53,252 bases of DNA from Mayamaea pseudoterrestris. Its lineage: Eukaryota. This document shows positions 33,501 to 43,704 of this stretch, piece by piece. How positions within the stretch are numbered: position 1 is the first letter of the stretch; every line of letters starts with the position of its first letter. Under the pieces are notes generated by a model. It was not told where the DNA came from and did no database searches. It worked only from the letters and a program-made list of their open reading frames with translations. A program made the position numbers and the translations under genes. The stretch is taken from contig BROI01000020.1 in the NCBI GenBank assembly GCA_027923505.1, positions 620,001-673,252 of the forward strand. Reading direction: 5' to 3'.

Positions 33501-33986
33501 GGCACATCAAACGATGTACATTGGATGCCAAAGAGTCCCTCAAGTAGCTCACAAGAATATATGAGTGCTTGTGGATCTGACACAGAAACCAACTTAACCT
33601 ACATTCAGACAAGGGTATTGGAGCACGCCATTGAAATTGGTGATTGGCAAACGGTCGCTGAAGCAGCAGCCTTTTTGAGTGATTCGTCTGGTGCCGGTGG
33701 CGAAAATCCATTAGCGCCTTTGTCACATTTCAGCAATCAAGGCACGGATTTATTCACGGATGGCTTGATATATCACAGTATTGACCCATCCCGGATACGA
33801 GAGCTTGACAAAATGATTATGGTGGGTGACTGGAATGGTGTATTGGAAGCATCCCAGCGATATAGCAAGGAGGAAAAACATCCATTGCAGGCCAAATGGA
33901 GCAAGGAAGAAGAGGAAGCCTTACAGAAGGCGGCTACTTGGGAAACAATTGCCGCAAAATCAAATGAAGGAGCAGCAGTAGACTAG
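30546..33986 (+). CDS. Type I membrane protein with EF-hand-like/Cys-rich ectodomain and cytoplasmic 'DW' helical repeats; 2 exons (30546-31617, 31735-33986); C-terminus probably truncated by a nonsense codon
   Basis: Signal peptide (best from ATG 30621, MRLQYLLLLVVLTTHCSHA), EF-hand-like DENNDSSLNRDEY, ACLC...CC, PTS stalk, TM AAIVGASIGCLLVIPALILLV. Intron 31618-31734 (GTATGT...CCAG) joins the ORFs in frame. The frame stays open after TAG 33984-33986 to TAA 34100. Confidence 0.8.
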
Positions 33987-34117
33987 GGTGCAGCTGACGC
34001 TGCTGAATGGGCAATCAGGCGGAGCTTGTCGCAACTGAATGAACAAGAGCTGGCACGGAACCAGTATGATAATGAATGTGGCAGAGACCAGGAAATGTAA
34101 TCAAAATGCTTTGTATC

Positions 34118-34405
34118 CGTACCAGTGTCTGTAGCAATGTCAAACCCAGTGCCAGTATCCATACCAATGTCCATACCAGTGTCCGTACCAGTGTCAGACC
34201 AGTACAGGTACCCATACCAGTGACAGATCAGTACCAGTGTCCGTACCAGTGTCAGACCAGTACCAGTATCTGTACCAGTATCCTTACCAGTGTCTGTACC
34301 AGTGTCAGACCAGTACCAGAATCCGTACCAGTGACAGATCAGTACCAGTGTCCGTACCAGTGGCCATACAAGTGTCAGACCAGCACCAATAATTGTACCA
34401 ATGTC
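34118..34405. repeat. Degenerate 6-mer-based tract (ACCAGT / TACCAGTGTC variants)
   Basis: Repeated taccagtgtc, accagt and cgtaccagt units with internal block duplications. Confidence 0.85.
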
Positions 34406-35446
34406 CATGCATTCCCGCATTCACGCATTCCCGCATTCCCGCATTCACGCATTCACACATTCCCGCATTCCTGCATTCACGCCTCCTGCATTCATGCATT
34501 CACGCATTCATGCATTCCCGCATTTCTACATTCATGCATTCCTGCATTCCCACATCACACATTCACGCTTTCACGCATTCCCGCACTCACGCATTCACGC
34601 ATTCACACTTTCACACATTCTCGCATTCACGCATTATTCACGCATTCACACATTCACGCATTCACGCACTCACTCATTCACGCATGCACGCATTCACGCA
34701 TTCATGCATTCACGCATTCACACATTCATTCACGCATTCACGCATTCCCGCTTTCCCCCATTCATGCATTCATGCATTCACGCATTCACGCATTCACGCA
34801 TTCCCCCATTCATGCATTCACGCACTCACTCATTCACGCATTCCTGCATTCACGCATTCATGCATTCACGCAATAATGCATTCACGCATTCACGCATTCA
34901 CACATTCCCGCATTCACGCATTAACGCATTTACGCATTCACACATTCACACATTCACGCTTTTACTCATTCACGCATTCATGCATTCACGCATTCACACA
35001 TTCCAGCACTCACTCATTCACACATTCACCCATTCCCACACTCACGCATTCGTGCAATCACACATTCCCGCATTCCCGCATTCACGCATTCACGCATTCA
35101 CGCATTCACGCATTCATTCACGCATTCCCACATACCCGCATTCACGCATTCATGCATTCACGCATTCATGCATTCACGCATTCCCGCATTCACACATTCC
35201 CGCATTCCCGCATTCATGCATTCATGCATTCATGCATTCACGCATTCATTCACACATTCACGCATTCACGCATTCCCCCATTCACGCATTCATGCATTCC
35301 TGCATTCCCACATTCACGCATTCATTTACACATTCACACATTCACGCATTCATTTACACATTCACACATTCATGCATTCACACATTCATGCATTCACACA
35401 TTCCAGCACTCATGCATTCACACATTGACGCATTCACGCAATAACG
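34406..35446. repeat. ~1-kb degenerate octamer tract (CATTCACG)n
   Basis: Continuous units cattcacg, cattcatg, cattcaca, cattcccg, cattcctg. Confidence 0.95.
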
Positions 35447-36101
35447 CATTGGTTGGATGTGCCAGTAAGTCACCTTGTCTGGCTACAGGGATCATCAGTA
35501 CAGCCTTCTGAGCCCTTCAATCCTTCTCCATTCATGTTCGTTGTCATGACGGGCCAATGCTTTGGTCAGCTGCACCCATTCCAGTCTTGGGTCATGTAGT
35601 ATGCCACGGTGAGACTCAGCAGATCCAAGAACTTGTTGGTGGTGCAACTCAAGTGGCACTTCAGACTGCCAGAATGGCCCACCAATCCTGGAAAACAAAG
35701 CTCATGGTGTTTATACTTGATTAGAATGCAAAGGCTTGTCATTTCAGGTGTGGAACCCTTCCCCCTGCCGCGAGACTCCGCACATTCAACCATTGGTTGG
35801 ATGTGCCAGCAAGTCATCCTTTCTGGCTACAGGGACCATCAAAACAAATTCTGAGCCCTTCAATCCTTCTCCATTCATGTTTGTTATCATGACGGGCCAA
35901 TGCTTTGGTCAGCTGCACCCATTCCAGTCTCGGCCACCATGTAGTATGCCATGGTGAGACTTAGCAGATCCAAGAACTTGTTGGCAGTGCAACTCAAGTG
36001 GCACTTCAGACTACCAGAATGGCCTGCCAATCCTGGAAATCAAAGCTCATGGTGTTTTTAATTGATTAGAATGCAAAGGCTTGTCATTTCAGGTGTGGAA
36101 T
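35447..36101. repeat. Tandem duplication with 344-bp period (about 1.9 copies)
   Basis: cattggttggatgtgccag starts at 35447 and 35791. Both copies run collinearly to tcaggtgtggaa. Confidence 0.9.
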
Positions 36102-36129
36102 CCAAAACCTCCCCATACAACAATGCCCA

Positions 36130-39100
36130 TAGCTGGCTGCCAAGCCACTCCAAACGAATTTGTATGAATTGATAGCTGGCAGTTGACAGGCATTGTTTCA
36201 TGATGTCAATTGTGTAATGCATTCATCACCAGCCCATGTAGTCTCCAAGTTCTGTGACAGGGACTGCCAGAATTTCGTGTCCCCAGGCTTGTCCACAGTA
36301 GCTGGCTGCCATAGCCCACTCCAGCAGCCATAGAGGTATAAATTGATAGCTGGCAGATGACAGGCATTGTTTCATGATGTCAATTGTGTAATGCATTCAT
36401 CAGCAGCCAATGTAGTCTCCAAGTTCTTTGACAGGAACTGCCAGAATTTTGTGTCCCCAGGCTTGTCCACAGTAGCTGGCTGCCATACACCACTCCAACA
36501 GCATGAGAGGTTTAAATTGATAGCTGGCAGATGACAGGCACTGTTTCATGATGTTAAAAGTACAATGCATTCATCACCAGCCCATGTAGTTTCCAAGTTC
36601 AGTGACAGGGACTGCCAGAATTTTGGGTCCCAGGCTTGTCCATAGTAGGTGGCTGCCATAACCCACTTTGACAGCCAAAGATGTATGAATTGATAGCTGG
36701 CAGTTGACAGGCATTGTTTCATGATGTCAAAAGTGCAATGCATTCATCACCAGCCCATGTAGTCTCCAAGTTCTTTGACAGGAACTGCCAGAATTTTGTG
36801 TCCCCTGGCTTGTCCACAGTAGCTGGCTGCCATACACCACTCCGACAGCCAGAGAGCTATAAATTGATAGCTGGCAGTTGACAGGCATTGTTTCATGATG
36901 TCAATTGTGTAATGCATTCATCACCAGCCCATGTAGTCTCCAAGTTCTGTGACAGGGACTGCCAGAATTTCGTGTCCCCAGGCTTGTCCACAGTAGCTGG
37001 CTGCCATACACCACTCCAGCAGCCAAATTTGTATGAATTGATAGCTGGCAGTTGACAGGCATTGTTTCATGATGTCAATTGTGTAATGCATTCATCACCA
37101 GCCCATGTAGTCTCCAAGTTCTGTGACAGGGACTGCCAGAATTTCGTGTCCCCAGGCTTGTCCACAGTAGCTGGCTGCCATAGCCCACTCCAGCAGCCAA
37201 ATTTGTATGAATTGATAGCTGGCAGTTGACAGGCATTGTTTCATGATGTCAAAAGTGTAATGCATTTATAAACAGCCCATGTAGTCTCCAAGTTCTGTGA
37301 CAGGGACTGCCAGAATTTCGTGTCCCCAGGCTTGTCCACAGTAGCTGGCTGCCATACACCACTCCGACAGCCAGAGAGGTATGAATTGATAGCTGGCAGT
37401 TGACAGGCATTGTTTCATGATGTCAATTGTGTAATGCATTCATCACCAGCCCATGTAGTCTCCAAGTTCTGTGACAGGGACTGCCAGAATTTCGTGTCCC
37501 CAGGCTTGTCCACAGTAGCTGGCTGCCATAGCCCACTCCAGCAGCCAAATTTGTATGAATTGATAGCTGGCAGTTGACAGGCATTGTTTCATGATGTCAA
37601 AAGTGTAATGCATTCATCACCAGCCCATGTAGTCTCCAAGTTCTGTGACAGGGACTGCCAGAATTTCGTGTCCCCAGGCTTGTCCACAGTAGCTGGCTGC
37701 CATAGCCCACTCCAGCAGCCAAATTTGTATGAATTGATAGCTGGCAGTTGACAGGCATTGTTTCATGATGTCAATTGTGTAATGCATTCATCACCAGCCC
37801 ATGTAGTCTCCAAGTTCTGTGAAAGGGACTGCCAGACCAGGCTTGTCCACAGTAGCTGGCTGCCATAACCCACTCTAACAGCCAGAGAGGAATAAATTGA
37901 TAGCTGGCAGTTGACGGGCATTGTTTCATGATGTCAATTGTGTAATGCATTCATCACTAGCCCATGTAGTCTCCAAGTTCTGTGACAGGAACTGCCAGAA
38001 TTTTGTGTCCCCAGGCTTGTCCACAGTAGCTGGCTGCCATAGCCCACTCCAGCAGCCAAATTTGTATGAATTGATAGCTGGCAGTTGACAGGCATTGTTT
38101 CATGATGTCAAAAGTGCAATGCATTCATCACCAGCCCATGTAGTCTCCAAGTTCTGTGACAGGGACTGCCAGAATTTCGTGTCCCCAGGCTTGTCCACAG
38201 TAGCTGGCTTTCATAACCCACTCCAACAGCCAGAGAGGAATCAATTGATAGCTGGCAGTTGACAGGCATTGTTTCAAGATGTCAATTGTGTAATGCATTC
38301 ATTACAAGCTGTGTAGTCTCCAAGTTCTGTGACAGGGACTGCCAGAATTTCGTGTCCTCAGGCTACTCCACAGTAGCTGGCTGCCATAACCCATTCCAAC
38401 AGCCAGAGAGGTATAAATTGATAACTGGCTGTTGCCAGGCATTGTTGCATGATGTCAAATGTGCAATGCATTCATCACCAGCCCATGTAGTCTCCAAGTT
38501 CTGTGACAGGGACTGCCAGAATTGCGTGTCAACAGGCTTGTCCACAGTAGCTGGCTGCCATAGCCCACTCCGACAGCCAGAGAGGTATGAATTGATAGCT
38601 GGCAGTTGACAGGCATTGTTTCATGATGTCAAAAGTGCAATGCATTCATCACCAGCCCATGTAGTCTCCAAGTTCTGTGACAGGGACTGCCAGAATTTCG
38701 TGTCCCCAGGCATGTCCACAGTAGCTGGCTGCCATAGACCACTCCGACAGCCAGAGAGCTAGAAATTGATAGCTGGCAGTTAACAGGCATTGTTTCATGA
38801 TGTCAATTGTGTAATGCATTCATCACTAGCCCATGTAGTCTCCAAGTTCTGTGACAGGGACTGCCAGAATTTTGTGTCCCCTGGCTTGTCCACAGTAGCT
38901 GGCTGCCATAACCCACTCCAACAGCCAGAGATGTATGAATTGATAGCTGGCAGTTGACAGGCATTGTTTCATGATGTCAAAAGTGTAATGCATTCATCAC
39001 TAGCCCATGTAGTCTCCAAGTTCTGTGACAGGGACTGCCAGAATTTTGTGTCCCCAGGCTTGTCCACAGTAGCTGGCTGCCATAGCCCACTCCAGCAGCC

Positions 39101-42100
39101 ATAGAGGTATAAATTGATAGCTGGCAGATGACAGGCATTGTTTCATGATGTCAATTGTGTAATGCATTCATCAGCAGCCAATGTAGTCTCCAAGTTCTTT
39201 GACAGGAACTGCCAGAAATTTGTTGCCCAGGCTTGTCCACAGTAGCTGGCTGCCATAGCCCACTCCAGCAGCCAAATTTGTATGAATTGAAAGCTGGCAG
39301 TTGACAGGCATTGTTTCATGATGTCAAAAGTGCAATGCATTCATCACCAGCCCATGTAGTCTCCAAGTTCTGTGACAGGGACTGCCAGAATTTTGTGTCC
39401 CCAGGCTTGTCCACAGTAGCTGGCTGCCATAGCCCACTCCAGCAGCCAAATTTGTATGAATTGATAGCTGGCAGTTGACAGGCATTGTTTCATGATGTCA
39501 AAAGTGTAATGCATTCATCACTAGCCCATGTAGTCTCCAAGTTCTGTGACAGGAACTGCCAGAATTTTGTGTCCCCTGGCTTGTCCACAGTAGCTGGCTG
39601 CCATAACACACTCCAACAGCCAGAGATGTATGAACTGATAGCTGGCAGTTGACAGGCATCATTTCATGATGTCAAAAGTCTAATGCAATCATCACTAGCC
39701 CATGTAGTCTCCTAGTTCTGTGACAGGGACTGCCAGACCAGGCTTGTCCACAATAGCTGGCTGCCATAACCCACTCCCGCAGCCACATTTGTTGGAATTG
39801 ATAGCTGGCAGTTGACAGGCATTGTTTCATGATGTCAAATGTGTAATGCATTCATCACCAGCCCATGTAGTCTCCAAGTTCTGTGACAGGGACTGCCAGA
39901 ATTGCGTGTCCCCAGGCTTGTCCACAGTAGCTGGCTGCCAACTAGCCCACTCCAACAGCCCAGAGGGTATAAATTGATAGCTGGCAGTTGACAGGCATTG
40001 TTTCATGATGTCAAATGTGCAATGCATTCATCACCAGCCCATGTAGTCTCCAAGTTCTGTGACAGGGACTGCCAGAATTTCGTGTCCCCAGGCTTGTCCA
40101 CAGTAGCTGGCTGCCATAACCCACTCCAACAGCCAGAGAGGAATAAATTGATAGCTGGCAGTTGACAGGCATTGTTTCATGATGTCAAAAGTGCAATGCA
40201 TTCATCACCAGCCCATGTAGTCTCCAAGTTCTTTGACAGGAACTGCCAGAATTTCGTGTCCCCAGGCTTGTCCACAGTAGCTGGCTGCCATAGCCCACTC
40301 CAGCAGCCAAATTTGTATGAATTGATAGCTGGCAGTTGACAGGCATTGTTTCATGATGTCAATTGTGTAATGCATTCATCACCAGCCCATGTAGTCTCCA
40401 AGTTCTGTGACAGGGACTGCCAGAATTTCGTGTCCCCAGGCTTGTCCACAGTAGCTGGCTGCCATAACCCACTCCGACAGCCAGATATGTATAAACTGAT
40501 AGCTGGCAGTTGACAGGCATTGTTTCATGATGTCAAAAGTGCAATGCATTCATCACCAGCCCATGTAGTCTCCAAGTTCTGTGACAGGGACTGCCAGAAT
40601 TTCGTGTCCCCAGGCTTGTCCACAGTAGCTGGCTGCCATACACCACTCCAACAGCCAGAGAGGTATGAATTGATAGCTGGCAGTTGACAGGCATTGTTTC
40701 ATGATGTCAAAAGTGTAATGCATTCATCACTAGCCCATGTAGTCTCCAAGTTCTGTGACAGGGACTGCCAGACCAGGCTTGTCCACAGTAGCTGGCTGCC
40801 ATAACCCACTCCAACAGCCAGAGATGTATGAATTGATAGCTGGCAGTTGACGGGCATTGTTTCATGATGTCAAAAGTCTAATGCAAGCATCACTAGCCCA
40901 TGTAGTCTCCAAGTTCTGTGAAAGGGACTGCCAGACCAGGCTTGTCCACAGTAGCTGGCTGCCATACTCCACTCCGACAGCCAGCGAGGTATGAAATGAT
41001 AGCTGGCAGTTGACAGGCATTGTTTCATGATGTCAATTGTGTAATGCATTCATCACCAGCCCATGTAGTCTCCAAGTTCTTTGACAGGAACTGCCAGAAT
41101 TTTGTGTCCCCAGGCTTGTCCACAGTAGCTGGCTGCCATAGCCCACTCCAGCAGCCAGAGAGGTATAAATTGATAGCTGGCAGTTGACAGGCATTGTTTC
41201 ATGATGTCAAAAGTGCAATGCATTCATCACCAGCCCATGTAGTCTCCAAGTTCTGTGACAGGGACTGCCAGAATTGCGTGTCCCCAGGCTTGTCCACAGT
41301 AGCTGGCTGCCATAGCCCACTCCAGCAGCCAATTTGTATGAATTGATAGCTGGCAGTTGACAGGCATTGTTTCATGATGTCAATTGTGTAATGCATTCAT
41401 CACCAGCCCATGTAGTCTCCAAGTTCTGTGACAGGGACTGCCAGAATTTCGTGTCCCCAGGCTTGTCCACAGTAGCTGGCTGCCATACACCACTCCGACA
41501 GCCAGAGAGGTATGAATTGATAGCTGGCAGTTGACAGGCATTGTTTTATGATGTCAATTGTGTAATGCATTCATCACCAGCCCATGTAGTCTCCAAGTTC
41601 TGTGACAGGGACTGCCAGAATTTCGTGTCCCCAGGCTTGTCCACAGTAGCTGGCTGCCATAGCCCACTCTAGCAGCCAAAATTTGTATGAATTGATAGCT
41701 GGCAGTTGACAGGCATTGTTTCATGATGTCAATTGTGTAATGCATTCATCACCAGCCCATGTAGTCTCCAAGTTCTGTGACAGGGACTGCCAGAATTGCG
41801 TGTCCCCAGGCTTGTCCACAGTAGCTGGCTGCCATAGCCCACTCCAGCAGCCAAATTTGTATGAATTGATAGCTGGCAGTTGACAGGCATTGTTTCATGA
41901 TGTCAAAAGTGTAATGCATTCATCACCAGCCCATGTAGTCTCCAAGTTCTGTGACAGGAACTGCCAGAATTTTGTGTCCCCAGGCTTGTCCACAGTAGCT
42001 GGCTGCCATAGCCCACTCCAGCAGCCAAATTTGTATGAATTGATAGCTGGCAGTTGACAGGCATTGTTTCATGATGTCAATTGTGTAATGCATTCATCAC

Positions 42101-43313
42101 CAGCCCATGTAGTCTCCAAGTTCTTTGACAGGAACTGCCAGAATTTTGTGTCCCCAGGCTTGTCCACAGTAGCTGGCTGCCATAGCCCACTCCAGCAGCC
42201 AAATTTGTATGAATTGATAGCTGGCAGTTGACAGGCATTATTTCATGATGTCAGAAGTATAATGCAAGCATCACCAGCCCATGTAGTCTCCAAGTTCTGT
42301 GACACGGACTGCCAGAATTTCGTGTCCCCTGGCTTGTCCACAGTAGCTGGCTGCCATAACACACTTCAACAGCCAGAGATGTATGAACTGATAGCTGGCA
42401 GTTGACAGGCATCATTTCATGATGTCAGAAGTCTAATGCAAGCATCACTAGCCCATGTAGTCTCCAAGTTCTGTGACAGGAACTGCAAGAATTTCATGTC
42501 CCCTGGCTTGTCCACAGTAGCTGGCTGCCATAAGCCACTTCAACAGCCAGAGATGTATGAACTGATAGCTGGCAGTTGACAGGCATTGTTTCATGATGTC
42601 AAAGGTGCTATGCACTCATCAGCAGCCCGTGTAGTCTCCAAGTTCTGTGACAGGGACTGCCAGAATTTCGTGTCCCCAGGCTTGTCCACAGTAGCTGGCT
42701 GCCATACACCACTCCAGCAGCCACATATGTATGAATTGATAGCTAACAGTTGACAGGCATTGTTTCATGATGTCAATTGTGTAATGCATTCATCACCAGC
42801 CCATGTAGTCTCCAAGTTCTGTGACAGGAACTGCCAGAAATTTCGTGTCCTAGGCTTGTTCACAGTAGCTGGCTGCCATAGCCCACTCCAGCAGCCAAAT
42901 TTGTATGAATTGATAGCTGGCAGTTGACAAGCATTGTTTCATGATGTCAAAAGTGTAATGCATTCATCACAAGCCCGTGTAGTCTCCAAGTTCTGTGACA
43001 GGGTCTGCCAGAATTTCGTGTCCTCAGGCTAGTCCACAGTAGCTGGCTGCCATAAGCCACTTCAACAGCCAGAGATGTATGAACTGATAGCTGGCAGTTG
43101 ACAGGCATTATTTCATGATGTCAGAAGTATAATGCAAGCATCACCTGCCCATGTAGTCTCCAAGTTTTGTGACAGGGACTGCCAGAACTTCATGTCCCCA
43201 GGCTTGTCCACAGTAGCTGGCTGCCATACACCACTCCGACAGCCAGAGATGTATGAACTAATAGCTGGCAGTTGACAGGCATTGTTTCATGATGTCAAAA
43301 GTGCTATGCATTC
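36130..43313. repeat. Satellite A: 174-bp tandem array, about 41 monomers
   Basis: gatagctggcag recurs at 36171, 36345 and 36519 (period 174) and onward to ~43260. Monomers are highly similar; four carry the same 11-bp deletion. Confidence 0.97.
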
Positions 43314-43704
43314 ACGAGCGCTGATGTGAAACATGCATTGTTAGGAGGCGTCACTAGTGGAGTCTTCAAAGGGCACGTGGCGACTCACGTGCAAGACTCA
43401 ATCTTAGCACTCCCTCCTCCTGTTGGAGTGCAAATGTTCCTGAGCTCAGTGGTCGACCGGACTGCGAAAGGTCTATCATGCGCCACCCCTTTGAACAAAC
43501 AAGAGGAGCTGATCTGTCCAAACCAGTTGAGCGAGCGATACGTAGTGCCTTCCGTGTTCTCAAACCGGCAATGCATTCACACCAGCCCATGAAGTGTCCA
43601 AGTTCTTGACAGGGACTGCCAGAATCGTCTTCCATTAAGTCCCCAGGCTTGTCCACAGTAGCGTGGCTGCCATAGCCCACTCCAGACAGCACTGTGTATT
43701 GCTA

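Noticed and set aside
34406..35446. Telomeric repeat
   Set aside because: The unit is not TTAGGG/TTTAGGG-like, is degenerate and is internal.
34076..35511. Long His/Ser/Ile-rich ORFs (266-372 aa)
   Set aside because: They are translations of the (CATTCACG)n tract, open in several frames because the unit lacks stops.
36345..36420. Hammerhead ribozyme (retrozyme) in satellite A minus strand: TGATGA...GAAAC...GTC
   Set aside because: Most monomers have GTGATGA rather than CTGATGA, stem II is only ~3 bp, and no stem I forms next to the putative cleavage site. An RNAMotif/Infernal search would settle it.
36546..41745. Recurrent small ORFs in satellite A (174 bp = 58 codons) as a repeat protein
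   Set aside because: The three minus-strand frames I translated all contain stops in the typical monomer, and the track shows only short sporadic ORFs. 11-bp deletions and single-base indels are tolerated.
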